A stretch of DNA of 64,000 nt from an uncultured Chloroflexia bacterium (GTDB lineage: Bacteria > Chloroflexota > Anaerolineae > CG2-30-64-16), in contig CAWIPK010000008.1 in the NCBI GenBank assembly GCA_963837925.1, positions 90,708-154,707 on the forward strand, read 5' to 3'. This document shows, one piece after another, positions 1 to 9,177 of this stretch (position 1 is its first letter; each line of letters begins with the position of its first letter). The notes beneath the pieces are model-generated. The model saw only the letters and a program-made list of their open reading frames with translations. It was not told where the DNA came from and did not search any database. Both the position numbers and the translations under genes were made by a program.

Positions 1-97
1 TGTTGGCCCGCCTGCCCCGGCCTATACTGGGTCCTGCGTAGTTCGGCCCGCATGTTTTGTGGCCTGTTTTGCACTGCCCAACCAAGGAGATCCTGAC

Positions 98-2530
98 ATG
101 CCCGCACTTTCCCGTAGCCTGGCTCCGCTGATCGGCGCCGGGTTGGGCCTCCTCGGCCGGCGGCGCCTGTCTCAGACGGGCGGCCGGCTCTCGATCGCTG
201 GGCTTGCCGCGCCGGTGGAGATCATACGCGACGGTTGGGGTGTGCCTCACCTCTACGCCCAGAACAAGCACGATCTGCTGTTCGCGCAAGGCTTTGTGCA
301 CGCGCAGGACCGGCTTTGGCAGATGGACTTCAATCGGAGACTCGTCAGCGGGCGGCTGGCCGAGGTGTTGGGGGCGGTCGCCCTGCCGGTCGACCGCTGG
401 ATGCGGACCATCGGCATGCGCCGCGCGGCCGAACAGGACGTGGCAGCGCTCACGCCGGGCACGCGCGCCGACCTGGAGGCCTATGCTGCGGGGGTGAACG
501 CCCATATTGGCCGCGGTCCTTTGCCGGTTGAGTACGCGCTGCTGCGCTACAGGCCCGAGCCCTGGGGGCCGGCCGACACGCTTTCCTGGGCCAAGATGAT
601 GTCGTGGAGCCTGTCGGTCAATTGGGAAACCGAGATCTTGCGCGCGCAGTTGATCGCCCGTCTCGGCAGAGACCTGGCCGCTGAGCTCGAGGTGCCCTAC
701 CTCGATCGTTGGCCCCTGATCCTGACCGGCGACGATGGGCCCGGAACGGATGGCGACGGAGAGGGCGCCGGCGCCCTCGACAGGGCTGAGGCAGCCCGAC
801 CCTTCACCGGCCCGCGGGCGAACGCCGGCCTGGGCAGCAATAACTGGGTGGTCTCCGGAGCCCACACCGCCAGTGGCAAACCCTTGCTGGCGAATGACAT
901 GCATCTCCTGCTCAGCGCGCCCGCCATCTGGTACGAAAATCACCTCGACGATGGCGAGTGCAACATCGCCGGAGTTACCTTCCCCGGTATGCCGGGGGTC
1001 ATTGCCGGTCACAACAGCTACGTCGCCTGGGGCTTCACCAATGGCTTCCCAGACGTGCAGGACCTTTTCATCGAGCACCTGCAGCGCCTGGCCGACGGAC
1101 GCGTGCAGTACGAGTTCCGCGGCGAGTGGCTCGACGCGCAGGTGTTGCGCGAGGAGATCCGGGTCAAGGGGGCGCCCTCGGTGGTTGAGGAAGTTGTGGT
1201 CACCGGCCACGGGCCGATCATCAACAGCCTGGCCGCCGCTGAATTGAGCGGCGAGCAGCCCCTAGCCCTGCGTTGGACCTCACTCGACCCCGACCCCATT
1301 ATGGAGGGGTTGCGATCGATCAACTGCGCGCATAGCTGTCTCGAAATGCACGAAGCGCTCCGCTTCTGGACGGCACCCGGCCAAAATGTGGTCTACGCCG
1401 ACGTGGAGGGCAACATCGGCTTCACCCACGCCGGCAAGATCCCGATCCGGGCCAAGGGTGACGGCCAGGTCCCGGTGCCCGGTTGGACGGGCGAATACGA
1501 GTGGACCGGTTATGTTCCATACGATGAGCTGCCCCATCTCTACAACCCACCGGAGGGCTACATCGTCACCGCCAACAATCGTGTCGCCCAAGAAGGCTTC
1601 CCCTACTTCCTGGGACGGGAGTACTGCCAGGGGGATCGGGCAGAGCGCATCACCGAGCTGCTTCGGGCTCGCCTGGCGCAGAAGATCGACGTCGCCTACG
1701 TGCAACGGATGCAGTTGGACCAGGTATCGACTGCCGCTCGCTTCGTGGCCGGCTGCCTGGCGGCTCTGCCGGCTCATGGGCCGGGCGAGACGGCTGGGGA
1801 CGACGACCCCGAGCTGGCAGCGGCCATCGAATTGATGCGGGCCTGGGATGGCCAGCTTGCGCCGGACAGCCCGGCAGCAGCGGTCTATGAAGTGTTCATG
1901 CGCTGCATGCTCACGACAATGCTTTCGCCGCGGCTCGGCGACCTCACCGTCCGCTATATGGGCAAAGGGCCAACGCCGGTGCTCGCGGAGGCGAGCCTCT
2001 ACGGCGAGCGGGCTTTCGAGTGGGTCCAGGGTGTCCTGGCCGCGCCGGCCGCACCCTGGTTCGACGGCGTTGCCGAGCGGGACGACGCGATGCGCGCCGC
2101 GCTGCGCCAGGCCGTCAAATACCTGCACGGCGCGTTGGGGCCGCGGCGCGACGAGTGGGCCTGGGGCGACTTGCACAAGCTCACCTTTGGGCACATACTA
2201 GGCAGCGTGGGAGCGCTGGCCGGCTACTTCAATCGTGGGCCGTATCCCATTGGTGGTGACGGCAGCACGGTCTGGGCCAGCGGCTCAAGCTATCACGATC
2301 TGAACAGCCCGCAGGTCATAGGCCCGCCTTTCCGTTTCGTCGCCGACCTAAGCGACCTCAATCACTCGCTCGGCGTGCTCTCGCCGGGCCAGTCGGGCAA
2401 CCCGGCCAGCCCGCACTACGCCGACCAGGTGGAGGCGTGGTTCACCGGCGAGTACCATCCGCTGCTGTGCGAGCGGGGAGCGGTCGAGCAGGCCGGCCGG
2501 GCCACGCTCTGGCTGGAACCAAAGACTTGA
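98..2530 (+). CDS. Penicillin acylase family (Ntn-hydrolase, peptidase S45) protein
   Basis: IIRDGWGVPHLYA, AQGFVHAQDRLWQMD, GSNNW beta-subunit nucleophile motif, LLANDMHL, PGQSG..SPHYADQ. ATG at 98 follows GGAGA; the track ORF starts at 59. Confidence 0.93.
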   Translation: MPALSRSLAPLIGAGLGLLGRRRLSQTGGRLSIAGLAAPVEIIRDGWGVPHLYAQNKHDLLFAQGFVHAQDRLWQMDFNRRLVSGRLAEVLGAVALPVDRWMRTIGMRRAAEQDVAALTPGTRADLEAYAAGVNAHIGRGPLPVEYALLRYRPEPWGPADTLSWAKMMSWSLSVNWETEILRAQLIARLGRDLAAELEVPYLDRWPLILTGDDGPGTDGDGEGAGALDRAEAARPFTGPRANAGLGSNNWVVSGAHTASGKPLLANDMHLLLSAPAIWYENHLDDGECNIAGVTFPGMPGVIAGHNSYVAWGFTNGFPDVQDLFIEHLQRLADGRVQYEFRGEWLDAQVLREEIRVKGAPSVVEEVVVTGHGPIINSLAAAELSGEQPLALRWTSLDPDPIMEGLRSINCAHSCLEMHEALRFWTAPGQNVVYADVEGNIGFTHAGKIPIRAKGDGQVPVPGWTGEYEWTGYVPYDELPHLYNPPEGYIVTANNRVAQEGFPYFLGREYCQGDRAERITELLRARLAQKIDVAYVQRMQLDQVSTAARFVAGCLAALPAHGPGETAGDDDPELAAAIELMRAWDGQLAPDSPAAAVYEVFMRCMLTTMLSPRLGDLTVRYMGKGPTPVLAEASLYGERAFEWVQGVLAAPAAPWFDGVAERDDAMRAALRQAVKYLHGALGPRRDEWAWGDLHKLTFGHILGSVGALAGYFNRGPYPIGGDGSTVWASGSSYHDLNSPQVIGPPFRFVADLSDLNHSLGVLSPGQSGNPASPHYADQVEAWFTGEYHPLLCERGAVEQAGRATLWLEPKT

Positions 2531-2538
2531 GGAGTCTC

Positions 2539-3738
2539 ATGTCACGTGACGGCCAATCCAGAGTTGACGACGCCGATCCCGAGGTTCAGTTATCCTCGTT
2601 CCAGGCTGCCACGCACATCTTTTTTGGCCCGGGTGCCGTCGGCAAGGCCGGCGAGATCGTCCAGAAATTGGGGATCAGCCGGGCCCTGGTGGTGACCGAT
2701 GCGGGCGTGCTGCGGGCGGGTATCGCCGGCCACGTTCTGAATGCCCTGGCCGCCGCCGGCGTGAACGGCGTGGTTTTCGACGCCGTGGAGAGCAACCCGA
2801 GCATCGAAACCGTTCAGCGCGCCGCGGCGTTGTACCGGGCGCGCGGCTGTATGGGCATCGTCGCGGTGGGCGGGGGCAGTGTCATCGATGTGGCCAAGGG
2901 CGCCGGGGTGTTGGCGAGCAATCCCGGCGAGCTGCGCGCCTACGTCGGTGTCGGCAAGCTCGGCGAGGCTCTACCGCCGCTGGTGGCCATACCCACCACG
3001 GTCGGCTCGGGAAGCGAAGTGACTAACTTCATGCTGGCAACGGATCGCGCGCAGCGCAGGAGACTGCTCGTCGGCAGCCACCTGCTGGCGCCTGACTTCG
3101 CCCTGCTGGACCCAGGGCTGGCGCTGACGCTGCCCAAGGACGTCCTGGCCGGGACGGCGATGGGCGCCCTCGCTCAGGCCGTCGAGAGCCTCACCTCGGT
3201 ATTTGCTTCCCCGTTCAGCGATGGGCTTGCGCTGCAAGCCCTGCGTCTGATCGCAGCCAACCTCGAGGCGTCGCTCGCCTCACCCGCCCTCGGGCCGCGG
3301 GCCAATCTGCTCTATGCCAGCACGCTCGCCGGCCTGGCGCTGTCGTCGGCACGCCTCGGCCTGGCCCAGGCCATGGGGCAGGCGCTGGCCGCCTATCACG
3401 ACACGCCGGCCGGGCTCTCCACGGCGATCTTGCTTCCGCACGTTCTAGCCTACAATTTGCCGGCCGCGGAGTCGGCCCTGGGCCTCGTGGCCACGGCGCT
3501 GGATACGGGGCCCGCGACCAACCTGTCCGACCCGTCCGAGGGTGCGGCCGCGCCAGACGCCGTCCGCAGGCTCTTCGCCAAAGCCGGCCTCCCAAACTCC
3601 CTCGCCGCCCTGGGTGTCGATGAGAGTTTCGTCGAGCTGATGGCTGCAGACGTTGCCGAGACCGGCAGCGCCCAGGTGGTCAACCCACGCCGTTCGACGG
3701 CCGAGGAGCTGGCGGCCATCTATCGGGCGGCACTCTAG
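2539..3738 (+). CDS. Iron-containing alcohol dehydrogenase-family protein, metal ligands substituted
   Basis: GGGSVIDVAK and IPTTVGSGSEVT motifs retained; canonical D/H/H/H ligands replaced. ATG 2539 follows GAGGAG. Confidence 0.88.
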   Translation: MSRDGQSRVDDADPEVQLSSFQAATHIFFGPGAVGKAGEIVQKLGISRALVVTDAGVLRAGIAGHVLNALAAAGVNGVVFDAVESNPSIETVQRAAALYRARGCMGIVAVGGGSVIDVAKGAGVLASNPGELRAYVGVGKLGEALPPLVAIPTTVGSGSEVTNFMLATDRAQRRRLLVGSHLLAPDFALLDPGLALTLPKDVLAGTAMGALAQAVESLTSVFASPFSDGLALQALRLIAANLEASLASPALGPRANLLYASTLAGLALSSARLGLAQAMGQALAAYHDTPAGLSTAILLPHVLAYNLPAAESALGLVATALDTGPATNLSDPSEGAAAPDAVRRLFAKAGLPNSLAALGVDESFVELMAADVAETGSAQVVNPRRSTAEELAAIYRAAL

Positions 3739-3778
3739 ATCGCGCCCGCTCCGATGATGGCCGAGAGGAGAAGCAAGC

Positions 3779-3976
3779 ATGGCAAGGATCAAGCTGGTCG
3801 AGATTGTCGATCATCTGTCACCGCAGGTGCGTGCCGCACTGGATGAGGCGGTGGAACGAACGGTGCCGGGCGTCGAGGTGGACCGGGCCCGCCTCTACCG
3901 CGAGTTTCGCCGGGCATTGAGCGCGCGGGCGAAAATGTGGGAGAACGTGCCCAATTCGACAGTCGACGCGGAGTAG
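3779..3976 (+). CDS. Small hypothetical protein (65 aa)
   Basis: GAGGAG RBS, GC3-rich codons, fills the gap after the ADH gene. Confidence 0.7.
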   Translation: MARIKLVEIVDHLSPQVRAALDEAVERTVPGVEVDRARLYREFRRALSARAKMWENVPNSTVDAE

Positions 3977-4075
3977 TCCCGGAGGGCTACTTCCCGGGGG
4001 CGCCGCTGAAGCCGTCGTCGGAGATAGGGCAGAACCCTCGGGAGAGCGCATGAGGGGCGACTGCGGTCGGGCATT

Positions 4076-4105
4076 TAGACAAATAGCCAAAATGTTTGAT
4101 ATAAT
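4076..4105 (+). promoter_or_regulatory. Putative sigma70 promoter of the chemosensory operon
   Basis: AT-rich patch with extended -10 TGaTATAAT (4097-4105) and TAGACA (4076-4081), 18 nt upstream of the -10. Confidence 0.55.
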
Positions 4106-4176
4106 AAGCGGTGTAATAGCGCTTTAACCATGCTGCCCCGGTAGGGGCGGTGGCGACCGATCCTGGAAAGGCAGGC

Positions 4177-4569
4177 ATGCAGAACATTCTCGTCGTCGAC
4201 GATTCCTCAACCATGCGCCGTATGGTTATTGCCTCACTGGGCGGCCTGGGCGACGTCCGTTTCCAGGAAGCCGCGAGCGGACTGGAGGCCATCGAGCGCC
4301 TGGGCCTGGCGACGGTTGATCTGATGATCCTCGACATGAACATGCCCGACATGCACGGCATGGAAGTTCTCAAGTTCCTCCGCAGCTATTCCAGCTATCA
4401 AGCTCTCCCCGTCATCGTTCTGACGACACGCGGTGATGAAGCGACGCGGTTGGCGGCCCTCGAGCAGGGCGCCGCTCTTTACCTGACCAAGCCCTTCGAA
4501 CCTGGGGAGCTGGCCGGCCGCGTGCGCCAATTGCTGGGCAAAACTGAAAGAAAGGCGAGGGCATCTTGA
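4177..4569 (+). CDS. cheY: CheY-like single-domain response regulator
   Basis: ILVVDDS, LDMNMP (phospho-Asp), YLTKPF; first gene of the che operon. Confidence 0.88.
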   Translation: MQNILVVDDSSTMRRMVIASLGGLGDVRFQEAASGLEAIERLGLATVDLMILDMNMPDMHGMEVLKFLRSYSSYQALPVIVLTTRGDEATRLAALEQGAALYLTKPFEPGELAGRVRQLLGKTERKARAS

Positions 4570-6562
4570 GCGGAGATCCAGGCCCTTTCGACCAGGCTCT
4601 CCTGGCCCAGTTTCTCGACGACTATTTCGCCGAATGCGACGAGCACCTGACCACGATCAGGAACGGCTTGTTGGCGCTCGAGCGCGCGATCGACGGGCCC
4701 CTTGCGGACCATGCCTTACTCGACGGTTTGTTGCGCGCTTTCCATTCGGTAAAGGGGCTTTCGGGTATGGTGGGCGTGAGCGCCGCCGAACAGCTTTCCC
4801 ACGCGATCGAGAGCGAACTGCGCACGCTGCGCGAGCGGGCGGCCGGCCCCAGCCCGTCGTTGTATGCCGCGCTCGACGGACGCCACCCGCGCACTCGAGC
4901 AGGTGATCAACGCGCGCCGGGTCGACGAGCCGGCGCCCGACATCGAACCACTCATACAGCGCCTGGCCAGCGCCGCCACTGCGCCTTGGGCGGGTCAGCC
5001 GGCGCCTGATGTTCTCGATCCCGATACGGAGCAGGCGGCGCGGCTGGCAGCCGCAGCCCAGCGCGGCGCCCGCGCCTGGCGTTTCACCTTCGTTTCCTCG
5101 CCCGAGTTGGCCGCCCGCGGCGTGCACGTCAACTCGGTGCGCGCCCGGCTGCAAGCGGTCGGCGAGCTCATCAAGGCCACACCCCGCATTCTGGAGGGCG
5201 GCCGCGTGGCTTTTGATTTCTTGGTGGCCGGCGATGGCGACGAAAGCGCCTTTTTCGGTTGGGAAGCGGACGGCATCACCTACGTCGCCTACCCGATCTC
5301 TCAGCCGCTCCCCGCCGCGGAGGCGCCGGAGGCCTTCCCGGATCGCCCGTCCGTGGCCCCGGCCAATTACGTACGGGTGGACCTGGCACGCCTGGACGAA
5401 CTGATGCGCCGGGTGGGCGAGCTCACGGTCGGGCGCGTCCGGCTGGCTGAGAGCCTGGGTCGTCTCGAACGGCGGTTGCCGGTTGACGAGTGGCGGGCGC
5501 TGCAAGAGCAGACCGTGGCTCTCGAGCGTGGATTGCGCGATCTGCGCTCCGCTGCCATGCGGGTCCGGCTCGTGCCGATCGGCGAGGTGTTCGCGCGGCA
5601 TGCAGTTTGTCGTTCACGACCTGGCCCGGGCGACCGGCAAGCAGATCGAGCTGCAGCTGAGTGGGCAGGAGACCGAGATCGACAAACTGGTCGTCGAACG
5701 GATGATGGATCCGCTGCTGCACCTGGTCCGCAACGCCGTCAGCCATGGCCTGGAGGGTCCGGAAGAGCGCCTGGCCGGCGGCAAGCCGGCTGAGGGCACG
5801 TTGAGCTTGCGCGCTGCCACCGCGGGCGATATGGTCGTCATCGAGGTGGAGGACGACGGGCGCGGCCTGGACACTGAAAAGATCATCGCCCGCGCGCGTA
5901 CCAACGGCCTATTGGGCGCCGCCGAGGAGCCCAATGCCGAGCGCCTGCTGGAAATCATCTGCGCGCCTGGCTTCTCGACGCGCGAGGAGGCGGACCTGGC
6001 CAGCGGGAGGGGCGTCGGCATGGCCGTGGTGTACGACACAGTGCACGAGCTGGGCGGGCGGCTCAGTCTCGATAGCCGGCAGGGCCTCGGCGCCCGTTTC
6101 ACGATTCATTTGCCGCTGACCCTGGTCATAGTGGACGCGCTCCTGGTCACAGCTGGGGGACAGACCTTCGCCGTTCCTCAGCTTACCCTGCGCGAGATCG
6201 TCGAGGTCGAACCTGATGCGCTCCACCTGATGGAGCACAACGAGATCGTCTATCACCGGGGCGCGGCGCTGCCGGTGTTGAGGCTTGCGCGGCTGTTTGG
6301 CCTGCCAGACGAGCCCGCGCCCGCGAAAGCCGGGCGCCCGGTCCTTTATCTGCTCGTCGCCGGCTCCGGCGCTAAGCTCGCGGGCCTGGCGGTCGATCGC
6401 CTGCGCGGCCAGCGCGAGATCGTGGTGAGCGCGGTCAACGATCCCTTGCTGCGCATGCCCGGCATTTCCGGGGCGACCGAGTTGGCCGATGGCCGGGTCG
6501 TGCTGATTTTGGAGCCGGCCGCGCTGATTCGCAACTTGTCGCGGGGCAACGCCTATGCCTGA
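4566..6562 (+). CDS. cheA: Chemotaxis histidine kinase CheA (two +1 frameshifts, ~4875 and ~5598)
   Basis: Hpt FHSVKGLSGMVG (frame 4566); YVRVDLARLDELM dimerisation region (frame 4864); HLVRNAVSHG, DDGRG, GFST, SGRGVGM and CheW domain (frame 5483). Confidence 0.92.
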
Positions 6563-7040
6563 CACTGCCCCCATCGCCGAATCGTACGTTCTTTTCGAGC
6601 TGGCCGGCACCACCTATGCCATTCCCAGTCGAGCCATCCAGCAGATCGAAATGGTCGAGAAGCTGACGCCCGTGCCCAAAGCGCAGCCCTTCCTGGCCGG
6701 GGTAGTCTGGTTGCGCGGCCAGGTGATCCCGGCTATGGACATGCGGCTGCGCTTCGGCTTGCCGAAGCTTGCCTATGGCACACACACCCGCCTGGTCGTC
6801 GTCGCCTGCGAAGGACGGACCGTTGGCCTGATCGTCGATTCGGCGCGCGAGTTTGTGACCCTGCCCGCCGATGCCATTCAGCCGCCGCCCGCGGTGATCG
6901 ACGGGTTGAGCGGAGCATATCTACAAGGCGTCGTCACGCTGGGCGAGCGGATGGTGATCGTGCTTGATGTGCCAGCCGTGCTGCAGCAGCCGGAGCCTCC
7001 GCTGCTGGATGCGCAGGTCGAGATGGACGGTCACTCTTGA
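6555..7040 (+). CDS. cheW: CheW coupling protein
   Basis: [35 protein letters not shown]. Confidence 0.93.
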   Translation: MPDTAPIAESYVLFELAGTTYAIPSRAIQQIEMVEKLTPVPKAQPFLAGVVWLRGQVIPAMDMRLRFGLPKLAYGTHTRLVVVACEGRTVGLIVDSAREFVTLPADAIQPPPAVIDGLSGAYLQGVVTLGERMVIVLDVPAVLQQPEPPLLDAQVEMDGHS

Positions 7041-7080
7041 TCATCATGTCCCGGCCCTGATTGGGCACGGGGGAGGCAGT

Positions 7081-9174
7081 ATGGCAAACGATATACGAGC
7101 CAAAAACAACAGTGGTCAGAGCAACCGGAACGGACGCGGGGGCGGAAGGCGCAGCCGCGAGCTGGCAGCCGAGGTCGCTCAGTCCCTGGAACAGGTCCTG
7201 TCCGCCGGTGATGAGGCCGCGCGGGGCGCCGATGCCCAGGCGCAAACGCTGCAGGAAGTTGCCGAGCGGACGGAGAAGATGCTGGCCTCCCTGGAAAGTA
7301 CCGCCGCGCAGGCCGAGTCGGTTTCCGCCTCGAGCGAGGAACTCACCTCCTCGATCAACGAGATGGTCGCCTCGATCGAGCAGGTGGCTGCCAACGCCGG
7401 CAGTTTGGCTACGTCGAGCAGCGAAACGGCTTCGTCGATCCACTCGACCGGTACTGCTACCCAAGGCATCCAGGGTGCGGCGCAAGAGATGGCCACGTCG
7501 GCGACCGAGGTTAGCGCCGCGATGCACGAGATGGCGGCCTCGATCAAGAGTGTGAGTGCCGATACTGAGGTGCTGGCCACGTCGATTACTCAGACCGCCG
7601 CCGGCATAGAAGAGATGGCGCGCTCGATCGAGGGTGTGGCCGCCAATGCCGAGGAACTGGCCAGTTGTGCGGATGCTACATCCTCTTCGATCAACGAGAT
7701 GGCGGCTGCCATCGAACAATCCACGGCTATGGCGGAAAACATGGCGGCCTCGACCGAGCAGGTCTCCACCGCCATCGAGCAGACGGCTCGCTCTATTGAG
7801 GGGGTCGCGCTGAACGCCGAGCGTATCAGTGAGGCGGGCGGCAACGCGGCGACCAGTGCCACCGAATTGGACCGCTCCATCCGCTCTGTCGCCGAACTGG
7901 CTCACCAGGGAGACGAAGCTTCCCGCCGTATTCTGCGTGATGCAGAAGCCGGTGGGGCAGCGGTGCAGAAGTCGATCCAGGGCCTGGCCCGTGTCCGCGA
8001 AACGATCGCCACCTCCGCAGGGGTCATACGCGAGATGGGCAAACGCTCGGGCGAGATCAGCGGCATCGTGGACACTATCGATCTGATTGCCGAACGGACC
8101 AACTTGCTCTCGCTCAACGCCTCCATCGAGGCAGCTCGGGCAGGTGACGCCGGGCGCGGGTTCGCGGTCGTCGCCGAGGAGATCCGCAACCTGGCAGAGC
8201 GCGCCGCGCGCGCCACGGCCGATATTTCGACCATCATTAAGGCGCTGCAAGATGTCGCACAAGAAGCCGTGGTCTCGTCCAACGAGGGGATGCGCGTGGC
8301 CGAGGAAAGCGCCCACCTGGCTGAAGACGGGGCTGCCGGATTGGGCAAGATCCTGTCCGGCGTCCAAGAGACGTCGCAGGTGATCGGCCAGGTCGCGCGT
8401 GCCACCCAGGAACAGGCCAACGCGGGCCAGAACGTGCTCAACGCCATCAATACCACCGTGGCCCAGGCCAGGCAGGTGGCCACGGCGACCGTCGAGCAAG
8501 CCAAGGTGGTGCAGGGTGTCGCGCAGTCGGCAGTGGTCATGCGCCGGACGGCCCAGCAGGTCAGTGATGGCATGAATCAGCAGGGCCGGGCCGCGCGCGA
8601 TATCATCAAGTCCGCGCAGCAGACCGGCGCGTTGGCGGGCCAGTTGCGCAAGTCGGCCGCCGAACAGTCGCGCGCCGCCAATGAAGTCGCCCAGGCCACC
8701 GAATCCATGCGGCGGGGTGCTAACAGCACGTCGCGCGCGGTCGCGGAACAGGCAACGGCGGGGGAGCAGGTTTCGCACGAGGCTGAGCGGCTGGCAGGCC
8801 TGATCGGCACGATCAGCAAGGCGGTCGGCGAACAAGCGGTGGCCGCCACGCAGATGACGAGTGCCACGGAAGATGCGCGCCGCCAGACCGATCAGGTCGC
8901 CAAGGCAATGGCCGAGCAGGCGCGCGCGGCCAGGGACATGACCCAGGCTTCACAAAACATCGCTCGTCAGATAGCAGCCATCACTCGGGCCAATCGCGAG
9001 CATAGCGACACCGCGGGCGCGACGATGAACGACCTCGGCCGGCTCGAACGTGAGGCAGCCCGTCGGGCGCAGGTGCTCCAGGAATCGCGCCGGGCCACCG
9101 CCGCCCTACTGGCGCGCGCGCAGGCGATGGCCCAGAACGCTGATATCCTGAGTGGCAACGGACGGGGTAAATAA
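7081..9174 (+). CDS. Soluble methyl-accepting chemotaxis protein, no TM segment or sensor domain
   Basis: [37 protein letters not shown] hairpin tip; long 28-aa repeat arms; ATG after GGAGG. Confidence 0.93.
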   Translation: MANDIRAKNNSGQSNRNGRGGGRRSRELAAEVAQSLEQVLSAGDEAARGADAQAQTLQEVAERTEKMLASLESTAAQAESVSASSEELTSSINEMVASIEQVAANAGSLATSSSETASSIHSTGTATQGIQGAAQEMATSATEVSAAMHEMAASIKSVSADTEVLATSITQTAAGIEEMARSIEGVAANAEELASCADATSSSINEMAAAIEQSTAMAENMAASTEQVSTAIEQTARSIEGVALNAERISEAGGNAATSATELDRSIRSVAELAHQGDEASRRILRDAEAGGAAVQKSIQGLARVRETIATSAGVIREMGKRSGEISGIVDTIDLIAERTNLLSLNASIEAARAGDAGRGFAVVAEEIRNLAERAARATADISTIIKALQDVAQEAVVSSNEGMRVAEESAHLAEDGAAGLGKILSGVQETSQVIGQVARATQEQANAGQNVLNAINTTVAQARQVATATVEQAKVVQGVAQSAVVMRRTAQQVSDGMNQQGRAARDIIKSAQQTGALAGQLRKSAAEQSRAANEVAQATESMRRGANSTSRAVAEQATAGEQVSHEAERLAGLIGTISKAVGEQAVAATQMTSATEDARRQTDQVAKAMAEQARAARDMTQASQNIARQIAAITRANREHSDTAGATMNDLGRLEREAARRAQVLQESRRATAALLARAQAMAQNADILSGNGRGK

Positions 9175-9177
9175 AAC

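Noticed and set aside
4020-4070. AGGGCAGAACCCTC..GAGGGGCG, loosely resembling a c-di-GMP-I riboswitch before cheY
   Set aside because: Lacks the GCAAACC/GAAA/GGGACGCAAAGC core and lies upstream of the predicted promoter.
6934-8835. 633-aa antisense ORF over the MCP
   Set aside because: Shadow ORF typical of GC-rich coding DNA; no motifs, and the sense gene is clear.
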